64,000 nucleotides of DNA from an uncultured Planctomycetaceae bacterium (GTDB lineage Bacteria > Planctomycetota > Planctomycetia > Isosphaerales > Isosphaeraceae), in NCBI GenBank assembly GCA_963833985.1, contig CAWIAD010000002.1:4096001-4160000 (forward strand), in the 5' to 3' direction. Below are positions 1 to 10,115 of this stretch, piece after piece. The notes beneath the pieces are model-generated. The model worked only from the letters and a program-made list of their open reading frames with translations, was not told the DNA's origin and made no database searches. The position numbers and the translations under genes were made by a program. The stretch's first letter is position 1, and each line of letters starts with the position of its first letter.

Positions 1-1802
1 ACGGGGCGATGCGCCCCGCGGCGCACGGCCGACCAGTCGTCGAGAAAAGCGCTCACCTCGACCACGACGGACTCGGCCTGACGCCCCAGCCGCCGGGCGA
101 ACTCGGCGGCCTCGAGCTTCTCCAGGTCCAGTTCCGCGGCCTGGAAGGCGGTGGCGTAAGCGGCGTCTGTCCCCTCAAGGCCGACGTCCTGTTGATTGGC
201 CCGGATCTCGACCAGCTCCTGCCGCAACCTGGCCGTCCGTTCGGCCGCGTCGAGCCCGGCCTGGAGCTCGGCGTGCAGGGCCTTAACCTCCGGCCCCTGC
301 TCCTCGACGCGCTCCAGCGCCGCCAGGGCGTCGTGCCACGGGCCCGGGTCGGCGGCATCGCTCCGGGCCTTGCGCAGCAACGCCGTGGTCTCGGCGAGCA
401 ACTGGTTCTTGTGTGCGGCGCGGGCCTGTCGCTGCTGGAACAGGTACGTGAAGGCCAGTCCGCCGGTGGTCGTCAGCACCAGCAGCGAGGCCGCCAGGCC
501 CACCTGGAACCGCCGCGCCCGGCGTTCGGCACGAGCGCGGCTGTTCGCCTCGGCGGCCGTGCGGGTGGCCTCTTCGGCGCGTGCCGTCTCGGCGGCGCGG
601 GCCAGTTCGGCGGCACGCAGCCGGTCCTGCACGCCGGCCAGATGATCACCCATCCGCTCGGCCACGGCCGAGGCGGTATGCGGCCGACCTTCCGGCTCGA
701 CCGCCAGGCAATCCCGCGCCAGGGCAATCAGCTCTGCGTCCGCGCCGCAGCCGGCCAGCCGGCCCAGCGCATCAGCGGTATCGCCCCGGCCCGCCTTGCG
801 GAGGATCTCGCCCGAAGTTCGCCCCGTGAACGCCGGCGATCCGGTGAGGATCTCGCAGAGGATCGAGCCCAGCGCGAAGACGTCAGCCCGCTCATCAACC
901 TGGTCGGTCTCGCCGCGGGCCTGCTCCGGCGCCATGTAGTTGGGCGTGCCCATCACCGAGCCGGCGTGCGACAGGTCCGAATCCGAACCGCTGCGTGCCG
1001 TGGCGATCATCGTTTCCGGGGGCTTCTCCTTGCCGGCCTTGGCATCGTCGACCACGCCGCCACGGGCCAGCACCTTGGCCAGGCCCCAGTCCATCACCTG
1101 CACCTCGCCGAAGCTGCCCACCATGACATTCGATGGTTTCAGGTCGCGATGGATCACGCCGCGTGTGTGCGCGTAGGCCATCGTCTGAGTTATGGCCACG
1201 AAGATGGACAGGAACCGGGGCAGGTCGTCGGCCGGGGTCGCACGCTCCGCCAGCAGGTCGGCGAGTGTCTGCCCTTTCACCAGCTTCATGCAGAAATACG
1301 GGCGCTGGTCGGCGAACATCCCCAGCTCGTAGATCGGTACCAGGCCCGGGTGCTGCAACTGGCCGCCGATCTGGGCTTCCTCGACGAACCGGCGGACCAG
1401 CTCGTCCTTCTCGCGCAGGTCGTCCCGCAGCACCTTGATCGCGACATCGCGGCCGAGGTCCGGGTCGCGGCCCTTGTAGATGGTACCCATGCCGCCCTGG
1501 GCAATCTCGCCGTCGATGCGGTAGCGGGTCGATCCGTCCCCGTCCGTGACCGGCCGGATCACTGGCGATGGTGTCTCGCCCAGGGCCGTGTCGCGGAGCA
1601 GAACCCGAGGCACCGTGCCGATGGTCGCGGCGATCGAGTCCAGAACGCTGGCTGCTCCGCGGCCGAATTCGCCGGTCAGACCGGTGGAGTCGTCCGGAGC
1701 AGCGGACCCCGGCCCATCGATTCCCAGCCGGAGCAGGCAGCGCGGGCAGACACCGTCAGAACGCAGGGCACCGCACTCGGGGCAGCGGTCTTGCGGGGAC
1801 AT
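1..1802 (-). CDS. Hanks-type Ser/Thr protein kinase, 3' end beyond the window
   Basis: Not in the ORF track because it has no stop in the window. Manual minus-strand translation from ATG at 1802 (GGAGG upstream): MSPQDRCPECG...VCPRCLL, then IHRDLKPSNVMV, VMDWGLAKVL and GTPNYMAPEQ, followed by a hydrophobic segment. Confidence 0.92.
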   Translation of the reverse strand, partial: MSPQDRCPECGALRSDGVCPRCLLRLGIDGPGSAAPDDSTGLTGEFGRGAASVLDSIAATIGTVPRVLLRDTALGETPSPVIRPVTDGDGSTRYRIDGEIAQGGMGTIYKGRDPDLGRDVAIKVLRDDLREKDELVRRFVEEAQIGGQLQHPGLVPIYELGMFADQRPYFCMKLVKGQTLADLLAERATPADDLPRFLSIFVAITQTMAYAHTRGVIHRDLKPSNVMVGSFGEVQVMDWGLAKVLARGGVVDDAKAGKEKPPETMIATARSGSDSDLSHAGSVMGTPNYMAPEQARGETDQVDERADVFALGSILCEILTGSPAFTGRTSGEILRKAGRGDTADALGRLAGCGADAELIALARDCLAVEPEGRPHTASAVAERMGDHLAGVQDRLRAAELARAAETARAEEATRTAAEANSRARAERRARRFQVGLAASLLVLTTTGGLAFTYLFQQRQARAAHKNQLLAETTALLRKARSDAADPGPWHDALAALERVEEQGPEVKALHAELQAGLDAAERTARLRQELVEIRANQQDVGLEGTDAAYATAFQAAELDLEKLEAAEFARRLGRQAESVVVEVSAFLDDWSAVRRGAHRP

Positions 1803-1862
1803 GATGCGACCTCCAAACAACGGAAAGACGTTTCTTCCGGTTTCTGTTCCGGCCACAACAGA

Positions 1863-1891
1863 GAATAAGGAGCCGGTGGCGAAACGTTACA
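1863..1891 (-). promoter_or_regulatory. Possible ECF-type promoter upstream of the kinase
   Basis: Minus strand reads TGTAACGTTTCGCCACCGGCTCCTTATTC, with an AAC-containing -35-like element preceded by a T-run. It lies between the ECF sigma gene and the kinase. Inference only. Confidence 0.3.
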
Positions 1892-1980
1892 GCAGCCTGA
1901 AAAAAATCCACGACCCGACAGAAGGCGAGGAAACGACCCGATCGGGCCGGACGCGGCTGTCGTCACTCTCCAAGGCAGGA

Positions 1981-2370
1981 AGACCATGGAACCACAGGGA
2001 TCACAGAGAGCACGGAGAGATGACCATGGACGAGAGGAGGAATGATCGACGACGAAAGTTCAACACTCTAAAAGTCTGGAGAAGACCATGGAACCACAGG
2101 GATCACAGAGAGCACGGAGAGATGACCATGGTCGAGAGGAGGAATGATCGACGACGAAAGTTCAACACTCTTAAAGTCAGGAGAAGACCATGGAACCACA
2201 GAGATCGCAGAGAGCACGGAGAGAAGACCATGGTCGAGAGGAGAAATGATCGACGGCGAAAACTCAACACTCTTGAAGGCAGGAGAAAACCGTGGAACCA
2301 CAGAGATCGCAGAGAGCACGGAGAGATGACCATGGACAAGAGGAGAGATGATCGACGACTAAAGTTCAAC
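1981..2370 (+). repeat. Tandem array of 102-bp purine-rich units (~3.8 copies)
   Basis: Units start at 1981, 2083, 2185 and 2287, an exact 102-bp period. Core: AACCACAG(G/A)GATC(A/G)CAGAGAGCACGGAGAGA...GATCGACG. Only scattered substitutions, no unique spacers. Confidence 0.95.
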
Positions 2371-2471
2371 GGGATCATGGGCCGGCCGAGGACCCGGGAG
2401 TTCGGGCAGGGCCAGGTCGGAATGAACGCTGGTCTCGATCCGATGCCCAGCGGCGTTCTCTCAGCCTCTTC

Positions 2472-2782
2472 GGTGGGTTGCGCTGCGCTGAGCGACCCGA
2501 CGAGTTCGCACTCTGTGGTCAGTTGTGTGCTTGACCGTTCGCGCCCGCGCCCTCTCTCCACGCAAACACCGGTAGGGTGGGTCAGCGCAGCGCAACCCAC
2601 CAGTTCGCAAACCTTTACGGTGGGTTACGCTGCGCTGACCCACCGTACGAGTTCGCTCTCTGTGGTCAAGTGTATGCTTGACCCTTTGCGCCCGCGCGGT
2701 CATCGGCAGGCTGGGTCAGCGCAGCGCAACCCACCGGTTCGCAAGCTTTTGCGGTGGGTTGCGCTGCGCTGACCCACCCTAC
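2472..2782. repeat. Cluster of five 30-bp GTAG-type REP palindromes in alternating orientation (REPIN/BIME-like)
   Basis: GTAGGGTGGGTCAGCGCAGCGCAACCCACC at 2572-2601 and a variant at 2706-2735. Reverse-complement copies at 2472-2501 (degenerate), 2619-2648 and 2753-2782. Each has a GGTGGGT/ACCCACC stem; the doublets are separated by 17-bp spacers. Confidence 0.9.
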
Positions 2783-2826
2783 GAATTCGCACGGTTTCTT
2801 GGCGCTGTGTCGTGTCATTGAATAAA

Positions 2827-3561
2827 TCAGTGCCCCAGGACCTCGAACAGCGCTCGGAGCTCGTCCTCGACGGCTTCCTTGCTGGGGTCGCGGAGCGTGG
2901 CGGCCACTTCGGTCCGGAGCGCGGTGGCAAACCGCTTGCGCATCCGGTGCAACGTGACGCGGAGGTTGCTCTCGGTCATGCGCAGCTCCGCGGCGATGGC
3001 GGCGCGGGCGGGTGCATCGGGGTCAGCGGTCAAGAGCGGGCGGAGGCGGTAAACGAGACGCGACCGGCCGGAGTTTTCGTAATGCGTTTCCAGCGCGGAG
3101 TGAACCCGGGTGAGTACCGCGAGTGCCCAGGCACGCTCGAACAGTCGATCGGGCGCTTGCTCGTACGCAGGTTCACTCTGGTAGCGGCCCTCGGCGTCGC
3201 GGGCGTCGATCGGCACCACCGGCCGGCCGCCCCCGCGCTTCAGTGCCCGATCGCGGTCGCGGCGGTCTGCCAGGAAGAACGAGCAATCCGCCAGCAGGAA
3301 CGAGCGAAACCGGCCCTTGATCGGGTCGGCCGCGGCGATCGTGCCTTTTTCGAGCAGCCGGGCGAAGTAGTCCTGGGTCAGGTCCAGGGCCGCATCGGCA
3401 TCGTGGCCCTTGCGGCGGATCAAGGCGTAGATCGGGTACCAGTAGGCCGCACAAAGCTCCGCGAGCGCCGCGTGGGCCTCGGGCGTGCGCGGACTTCCGG
3501 CCCTGGCCACGAGGCTCCAGCGGGTGGATGGGAAGCGGGCCGGCTGTGCGGAATCGTTCAT
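2827..3561 (-). CDS. ECF-type RNA polymerase sigma-70 factor (kinase-associated type)
   Basis: FPSTRWSLV...ALAELCAAYWYPIYALIRRKG...DLTQDYFARLL (region 2) and IAAELRMTESNLRVTLHRMRKRF (region 4 HTH). Upstream of and co-oriented with the Ser/Thr kinase. Confidence 0.9.
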   Translation of the reverse strand: MNDSAQPARFPSTRWSLVARAGSPRTPEAHAALAELCAAYWYPIYALIRRKGHDADAALDLTQDYFARLLEKGTIAAADPIKGRFRSFLLADCSFFLADRRDRDRALKRGGGRPVVPIDARDAEGRYQSEPAYEQAPDRLFERAWALAVLTRVHSALETHYENSGRSRLVYRLRPLLTADPDAPARAAIAAELRMTESNLRVTLHRMRKRFATALRTEVAATLRDPSKEAVEDELRALFEVLGH

Positions 3562-3827
3562 CACTACCGCCTGAGATTGAGATGGGGCACTCGCTCGGGA
3601 CCGCCGAGGTGACGATTCATTGTATTGTAGCTTCCTCCAGGATCGAATCCGACCAGCGCGTGCGTCCGGCACAAGCGGTTCCCAGTCGCGATTCTCTCCG
3701 AGCCTCTCGAAGACGGTGGTGATCTTGCCGTAGACTGTCTGTCCAGGGCCCGTGCACGCTTTCAGCTTGTGGCCTGGTGAAGGCGGCTCGTGCGTTGAAA
3801 TGGACCGATGCTTTCGGGGAGACCGCC

Positions 3828-4814
3828 ATGCCCGTGCCTGGGCAATTCACTGTGCTGGTTGCCGACTTTCTTGATGAATCGACGGTCGAGTCGGCGGTGT
3901 TACGCGACATCGCTGACCTGGTCCTGTGCCGCGCGACGCACGAGGACGGCCTGGCCGACGACCTGCCCAATGCCGACGCGATCATGCTGTACCACGACAT
4001 ACCGCACCTGGGCGAAGCCAGCTTTGCGCGGGCGCCGCGGTGCAAGGGTGTGGTGCGGGCGGGGGTGGGGTATAACAATATCGATCTGGAGGCTGCCGGC
4101 CGTCATGGCGTGATCGTTTGCAATGTTCCCGACTATGGAACCGAGGAGGTCGCCGATCACGCGATCATGTTCCTGCTGGCCCTGGTGCGCCGGCTCGTAC
4201 CCTGCCATCAAGCCATCCGCGCGGGCACCTGGCATTACCAGTCGGCCATCGGCACGCCCCGGCTGCGGGGCAAGACCCTTGGGCTCATCGGCTGCGGGCG
4301 GATCGGCACGGCGACGGCGGTGCGGGCCAAGGCGCTGGGGCTCGATGTGGTCTTTTACGACCCCTATCTCCGCCAGGGCATGGACAAGGCGCTGGGGATC
4401 CGCCGCGTCTACCGCCTGGAGGATCTTCTCGAGCAGAGCCATTTCGTCAGCCTGCACTGCTACCTGGACGCGGCGACGCACCACCTCATCAACAAGACGA
4501 CGATCGCCCGGATGCGTACCGGGGCGATGCTCATCAACACGGCGCGTGGGCCTTGCGTGGACGAGGAGGCCCTGATGGACGCGCTCGATTGCGGCAAGCT
4601 CGCGGCCGCCGGGCTGGACGTGGTCGAGCATGAGCCGCTCCGGAACGCCCGCCTGCGCGATCATCCCGGAATCCTGTTCACGCCGCACTCGGCGTTTTAC
4701 AGCATCGAAGGCTTCATCGAGCTGCGGACCAAGACCGCGGAGGAAGTCCGGCGCATCCTGCTCGGCGAACCGCCCCGCAACCCGGTGCAGTGCGTGATGC
4801 CAGCAAACCACTGA
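3828..4814 (+). CDS. D-isomer-specific 2-hydroxyacid dehydrogenase (CtBP-like)
   Basis: RAGVGYNNID, NVPDYGTEEVADH, GLIGCGRIG Rossmann motif, INTARG, LDVVEHEP and TPHSAFYS. Confidence 0.93.
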   Translation: MPVPGQFTVLVADFLDESTVESAVLRDIADLVLCRATHEDGLADDLPNADAIMLYHDIPHLGEASFARAPRCKGVVRAGVGYNNIDLEAAGRHGVIVCNVPDYGTEEVADHAIMFLLALVRRLVPCHQAIRAGTWHYQSAIGTPRLRGKTLGLIGCGRIGTATAVRAKALGLDVVFYDPYLRQGMDKALGIRRVYRLEDLLEQSHFVSLHCYLDAATHHLINKTTIARMRTGAMLINTARGPCVDEEALMDALDCGKLAAAGLDVVEHEPLRNARLRDHPGILFTPHSAFYSIEGFIELRTKTAEEVRRILLGEPPRNPVQCVMPANH

Positions 4815-4874
4815 TAGTTCGTTCAAATAGGAATATTAGAGAGATCATGGTTCGCTGGTCTCGCGGGGCGTTGC

Positions 4875-7373
4875 TTACTCGCCGCGGTCGATCCAGCGGG
4901 CCAGGGTCTCCGGTGACAGGGCGCCGGAGGTGAGCCGCAGCGTGTGCGGGGACCCGGCCCGGTCATAGGCCGTCGTGGGCCAGCTTCGGTCCATTCCTGC
5001 CGCGGCGTGATCGATCCAGAGCGACCCAGGCGCCGCGAGGGCCGCAGCCGCCTTGAAGCCGCCGAACTGGAAGAGGCCCGGCAGGTCGAGGGCAGGGGGG
5101 AGCGTCCGGGAGCCGTCGCTGTCTTTCCAGCCGGCCATGTCCACGGCCGTCCGCGCCAGTCCTTCCAGCAAAGGCCGGGCCAGCAGGACCTGAGGGCCGG
5201 CGAGCCCCTGACCGACAAGGTTGACCTCGCGCACGTCCGGCTGTGCGCGTGCCCAGGCCAGCACGGTGGCAAGGTCCTGCATCTGGTCGGCCGCCAGGCT
5301 GGGGTTGTAGGTCTCGAAGTGCACGGTCTGCGGGCGGTGCGGCACGGGCCGGGCAGGGTCGATCGATTCGCCAACGAGCAATGGGTCGAAGCCGACGACG
5401 CTCTGGCCGGCCGCCAGCAGGGCACGGACTGTGGCGGCCGGTTCGCCGGCGGCCGTGGCCAGGCCAGCCTTCCCCCGCGAGTCGGCGATGACCGTCAGCC
5501 GGCCGGTCGCGTGGATGGGTATCAACTGCACGACGGGGATGGCGTCCCCTTGCCGTTTTCGACCGATCTGCGAATGGATGATCGTGAATCCTTCCCGGCT
5601 CATCCGCCTGACCTCATGATGCACAATCGATTCCGGAGGCGGGTTCACCAGCCCCACGCGGTGTCTCAGGCTGACCATCAAGGACCGCCGTGCCGCCTCC
5701 CAGCCCGCGGGGTTCTGCCGTACTGGAGCCAGCGCGTCGATCTGGCCGCCAAGCTGGCCCACCAGGTCGGCCTCGAGCTGCTCGGGCGTCTTGCGACTGG
5801 CCGGCGCGGGATGAGATCGATCGAAGGTCCGCAGATCGTCCGGCTTCTCGGTCTGCTGCTGGCCCTCGCGGGTGCCCGCGGAATCACTGATCCCCAGCAG
5901 CCAGCGGCCCATGAAGGCGTACACAGCGTTGCGGCTGGTCTGGTTGTAGTTGTGCGGGAAATCGAAGACCGCGGCCTCGATCCGGTCTGTAGAGCCCACA
6001 AGCGAGTACACGCCGCGGATGGTGGGGAACGCCCGGGTCATGGTCTTGGCCGTCCAGTCGCCGGTGGCGCCGACCAGGATCATGGGCCGGGGCGCGCACA
6101 GGGCCGCAATCTCCACGTTGTCGGTTCCCAGTCGGAGGCCGGCGGCGTTCTCGCACACGCAGCCGCCCTGGAACCAGTCAGAGACCATGACCACGGGCGC
6201 GGCAACCTTGATGCGTTCGTCCACGGCGGTGAGCAGGAACGTCTGCGTGCCTCCGCCGGACTCGCCCGTGCAGCCAATGCGCTCGGGGTCCACGTCGGCC
6301 AGCGACGTCAGCCAGTCGAGCGCCCGGATACTATTCCAGGTTTGCAGGGTGGGCAGGCTGAACCCCCAGCGCCGCAGGCGATCGTTCAGGAACACATGAG
6401 GAAACGGCTTGCTATCGTTGTAGCCGACCATGTCGTACATGAAGACCACGCAGCCGAGCTTCGCCCAGCGGATGCAGCGTTGCTGGACGTCATCGTGAAC
6501 TCGGCCATCCTGCCAGTGGCCATGCGGGCAGAGCAGGCCGGGCAGGCGGCCCGTTCGGCCGGCAGGACGGTACAGGTTGCCGCTCAGGGTGAACCCGGGC
6601 ATGGTCTCGAGCACGGCCTTCTCGATCGTGTAGCCATCCCTCGTGACCTTGCCGTACACCTGGGGATTCAGGAACGTCTTCGGCGGCATGGGCCAGAGGC
6701 CAAGAGCCACGAGCAACTGCTGGCGGAGCGTTGCCGCACGATCACGCCAGGCCTGCGCGTTCGGAGGCGGCTCGAAGTCGGCGCCTTGCTGGTTCGTGCG
6801 GACCTCGGTGCGGCGCCGATCCGGCGTGGGCGCGACCGTATCGAAGCGGCCGCGGACGAGATCGAGCAGCCGGCCGGGCTCCGCGTGCGTACCGGTCGTG
6901 AGCACGAGCAAGGCCGGAACCGCGGGCGGCTCGTCCTGCGTGCCGCTTTTCGGCGCCGGCTTCGAGGCCGCTTCGTCCCCGGCCTGCGACGGGCCGCTCT
7001 CGTGTTTCGGTGCGGGCGCGACCACGATCCTCAGTGGCTGCCCCGCCCGCAGCGCGACTTTCCCCAGCGTCTCCCAGCGCGGGGCGGGATCGCCGGGCTT
7101 CGTCTCTGCCTGAAGGCTCACGGTGTCGCCCTCGTGTCCCAGCCGCCAGAACTGGTTCCCCGGCGACCAGACATGCAAGACCGCATCAGCCTGTGTTCGC
7201 AGCGCGATTCCATCGCGAAGAGCCGGGAAGTCGCTAGCGGTGAAGACCAGCGCGGCATCCGCGGCCGGGCCGGGCGCCTGCCCACCGGTCACGCTGCCGC
7301 ACAAAGAGAAAAGCAGTGCGGCCAAGCTGGACGCCACGATCCAGCCCACCGGAGGGCGAAGCGATGAAGTCAC
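4875..7373 (-). CDS. Secreted alpha/beta-hydrolase (acetylxylan esterase-like) with a second degenerate hydrolase domain
   Basis: GTG start with GGGAG upstream and a signal-like N-terminus. Motifs LCPHGHW, YDMVGY, nucleophile elbow GCTGESGGG, GGCVCEN and HNYN. Confidence 0.8.
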   Translation of the reverse strand: MTSSLRPPVGWIVASSLAALLFSLCGSVTGGQAPGPAADAALVFTASDFPALRDGIALRTQADAVLHVWSPGNQFWRLGHEGDTVSLQAETKPGDPAPRWETLGKVALRAGQPLRIVVAPAPKHESGPSQAGDEAASKPAPKSGTQDEPPAVPALLVLTTGTHAEPGRLLDLVRGRFDTVAPTPDRRRTEVRTNQQGADFEPPPNAQAWRDRAATLRQQLLVALGLWPMPPKTFLNPQVYGKVTRDGYTIEKAVLETMPGFTLSGNLYRPAGRTGRLPGLLCPHGHWQDGRVHDDVQQRCIRWAKLGCVVFMYDMVGYNDSKPFPHVFLNDRLRRWGFSLPTLQTWNSIRALDWLTSLADVDPERIGCTGESGGGTQTFLLTAVDERIKVAAPVVMVSDWFQGGCVCENAAGLRLGTDNVEIAALCAPRPMILVGATGDWTAKTMTRAFPTIRGVYSLVGSTDRIEAAVFDFPHNYNQTSRNAVYAFMGRWLLGISDSAGTREGQQQTEKPDDLRTFDRSHPAPASRKTPEQLEADLVGQLGGQIDALAPVRQNPAGWEAARRSLMVSLRHRVGLVNPPPESIVHHEVRRMSREGFTIIHSQIGRKRQGDAIPVVQLIPIHATGRLTVIADSRGKAGLATAAGEPAATVRALLAAGQSVVGFDPLLVGESIDPARPVPHRPQTVHFETYNPSLAADQMQDLATVLAWARAQPDVREVNLVGQGLAGPQVLLARPLLEGLARTAVDMAGWKDSDGSRTLPPALDLPGLFQFGGFKAAAALAAPGSLWIDHAAAGMDRSWPTTAYDRAGSPHTLRLTSGALSPETLARWIDRGE

Positions 7374-7551
7374 AATAAAGCTCCCATTCCAGGGATCGAG
7401 GTCCAGCAGGCCGGGTACGGCAAGGCGAGGCAGGAGTCGGCAATCCACCCGACCCAGCCGTCCCTTGCCCTCTCGTGTCGTCCCACCCCATCCTATCTCG
7501 CCCGGCACGCGGCTCAAGCGGTTACCCAAAGCGGCGGGGTACGGCCGGCAA

Positions 7552-8417
7552 TTAGCTTTCGCGAAGGAGATCAAGGATGCGCGTGGACCCGAGCAGCGAC
7601 TCGACGGTCACGGGCTCGGTGGTGGGAAACAGGCAGTAAGCCGGCAACGGGTTGGTTCCGTCGATGATGATCTGGCGGTGATTCGCCTGGCGAAACCCCT
7701 CATCGCAGGGCTGGTGGCCGGTGACGAACCAGTCGGCGTCGACCATGGCGGCGAAGCGGTCGGCCGTCTCGGGCGTCGTGTCGCGGCCCCAGGTCAAGGC
7801 ATAGATTGTGCCGCCCCGTTTCATGGCCTCTTCGGGCCATGTCTCGGCCTGGAGCAGGGACAGGTCCAGGTCGTCGAGATAGCGGGCATCCGGCAGCGTG
7901 TGGCAGATGAACACCCGGTTGGACGTACGCACCGCCAGCGGCAAGGCCGCGAAGAGGCCCAGGTATGATTCGTACACGTCATGTGTCCGGGGACCGTAGG
8001 CCAGCTCCATGCCCTGGCGAAACTTCAGGTTCAGGGCATGGCCATCCTTGCCGATGATGCGGCCGGTGAGTCGGAAAGCTCGTGGTTCCCGAGGATCAGG
8101 TGAACGCGCTGGGGATACTGGCACTTCAGCGCCGAGACCAGGTCCACCAGCCGGTGCGAGCGGTCGGGCCGTTCGTCGTCGTACTTGTTCGTCTCGTGAA
8201 CCAGCTCTTGCAAGACCAGATGCCGCCGGGGATTCCGTTCCAGGCCCGCAATCGCCAGGGCCTCTCGAAACGCCGGCAGGTTGCCGTGCAGGTCGCCCAC
8301 GACCATAACTTCGTCGGCATCCTCGAGAGTGATCACCGAGCCGCGGCGTCCCGGTGTCGCTCGCATCAGCTCGGCAGCCTTGCGAACGGTGGCGACAATT
8401 CTCTGAGGGTCAGGCAT
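7552..8417 (-). CDS. Calcineurin-like metallophosphoesterase (frameshift at ~8072, probable sequencing error)
   Basis: VGDLHGN and ILGNHELS in ORF 8031-8417 continue as LTGRII...FICH...TGHQP in ORF 7552-8124. Confidence 0.85.
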
Positions 8418-8695
8418 GGGAGGACGCCGGGCCGGAGGACGAGAGGGAACTTGCGATATACTTGGCGTTCTATTCTAGCTCCGATTCGCCTTTCGCGAAG
8501 GATGGTAGGAGCCGGATTTCCTCCGCGACACGGTGAGTCTCAATGTGGGTTGCCGCGAGGGAAGAGCGTCCGTGGGGCGAACAGGTCATGCGGAACGGGG
8601 AGTTTTTTCAGGGTTTTCCTTCCACCGCTGCCTTCCTGATGGTAAAACGACATTTGTAGTGGACCCGAGGCAACACAGCAAGAGGAGGTCCCCGG

Positions 8696-10072
8696 ATGGG
8701 CATTTCATGCAGGTCGATCGTTCTCGCGAACGCCGTTGCGATGCTGGTTGGGGCCGCTGGAGCACGCGCGGGAGACTGGCAGCCGCGTTACGAGCTGAAG
8801 CCGGGGATGGAGCTTTCCTACAAGGGATCAAGCACGTTCCGGCACCAGAGCGGCATGCACCTGACCGGCGACGAGATCACCGCCTGGGTGCTCCGCCGCA
8901 ACACCGACGGCAGCGTGCGGGTGGTGCTGCGCCAGGGGAGCCGGTTCACGGCAACCTCGGTGGCCGACACGGTCAAGAATCTGATCAAAAAACAGAACTC
9001 ACCGCCCATGGACTACAACTTCGCCGCCTTCGACCTCTTTCCCGACGGCCGCCTCGGGCCAGGCGCCCAACTGGGTTACCGGATCACGCCCTCGAGTGTC
9101 TTTCCGCGCCTTCCCGAGAGCGCATCGCAGGCTCAACTGGGCTGGGGGCAGCGCGAGGAGCCGATGGCTCAGGAGCGCCGCTACTCGGCTTTGAAATCCG
9201 AGCCCGACGGCTGGGTCTTCCATGGCGAGCGCGTCGGACCGGAGAACAAGCTCTATGGCATGACCGCGGCTTCCACCATTCACTTCGACGCCCACCGCGG
9301 CGTGGTGCGGCGGATCGATCATAAGTTCACCCAGGAATACGGCTTCAAGGGGAAGGGGACCGGTTCCATCGAGCTGACCGCCGTGGAGACCCGGGACGCC
9401 GCCTGGCTGGCATCGTTCGGGGCTGCGGCCGACCGCTACTTCGCCGCCAGCAAGGCGTACGAGCAAGCGACCGAGGCGGCCTCGAAAGATGCAGCCCGTT
9501 CGAAAACGCTTCTGGCCGAGGCCAAAGCCGCACTCGTGACGGCGCGTGAATCCGTTGCCGAACCGATCTTCCGCTCACAGCTTGACCGCGAGATTGCCGG
9601 GCACGAGAGCATGGCCAGCTACTACGCCGATGCGGCAAGGCGCCGGGCCGAGGTCATCGACAAGCCGGCCGCGGACTGGAAGCTGCAAGGCCTGGATGGC
9701 AAGCCGCACGCCCTGGCGGACTATCGCGGCAAGGTGGTGATCCTTGACTTCTGGTACCGCGGCTGCGGCTGGTGCATCAAGGCGATGCCACAGCTCAACG
9801 CCCTGGCTCAGGAGTTCGCGCAGCGCCCGGTTGCCGTGCTGGGCATGAACACTGACCGTGATGAGGCCGACACGAAGTTCGTGGTCGACGCGATGGGTCT
9901 CAAGTACGAGACCTTGTGCGCCGCGGGCGTCCCCGAGAAATATGGCGTCCAGGGTTTCCCGACATTGATCCTCATCGACCCGCAGGGTAAGGTGCGCGAC
10001 GTGCACGTGGGCTACTCGCCCACCCTCCGCGCCAGTCTGACCAGGCAGATCGAGGGTCTTCTGCCGAAGTGA
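8696..10072 (+). CDS. Secreted TlpA/redoxin-family protein with a long N-terminal domain
   Basis: GAGGAGG RBS and signal peptide. C-terminal thioredoxin fold GKVVILDFWYRGCGWC...YGVQGFPTLILID. Confidence 0.85.
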   Translation: MGISCRSIVLANAVAMLVGAAGARAGDWQPRYELKPGMELSYKGSSTFRHQSGMHLTGDEITAWVLRRNTDGSVRVVLRQGSRFTATSVADTVKNLIKKQNSPPMDYNFAAFDLFPDGRLGPGAQLGYRITPSSVFPRLPESASQAQLGWGQREEPMAQERRYSALKSEPDGWVFHGERVGPENKLYGMTAASTIHFDAHRGVVRRIDHKFTQEYGFKGKGTGSIELTAVETRDAAWLASFGAAADRYFAASKAYEQATEAASKDAARSKTLLAEAKAALVTARESVAEPIFRSQLDREIAGHESMASYYADAARRRAEVIDKPAADWKLQGLDGKPHALADYRGKVVILDFWYRGCGWCIKAMPQLNALAQEFAQRPVAVLGMNTDRDEADTKFVVDAMGLKYETLCAAGVPEKYGVQGFPTLILIDPQGKVRDVHVGYSPTLRASLTRQIEGLLPK

Positions 10073-10115
10073 CGCGGGCAGGCCCTCGAATCAGGGTTTC
10101 ACCGAGGATTGTATC

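Noticed and set aside
9..1868. Long antisense ORFs (also 4944-7367, 18414-20837, 35394-36611, 37000-38673, 58865-60271)
   Set aside because: These are shadows of real genes on the opposite strand, as expected in GC-rich DNA; they have no recognisable motifs.
1546..2772. 408-aa ORF through the repeat arrays
   Set aside because: It overlaps the kinase on the opposite strand and stays open mainly because the repeat period is a multiple of 3. There is no RBS or gene-like codon pattern.
1981..2782. CRISPR array
   Set aside because: The 102-bp units repeat along their whole length with no unique spacers. The 30-bp units alternate in orientation and their linkers are related to each other. No cas genes are in the window.
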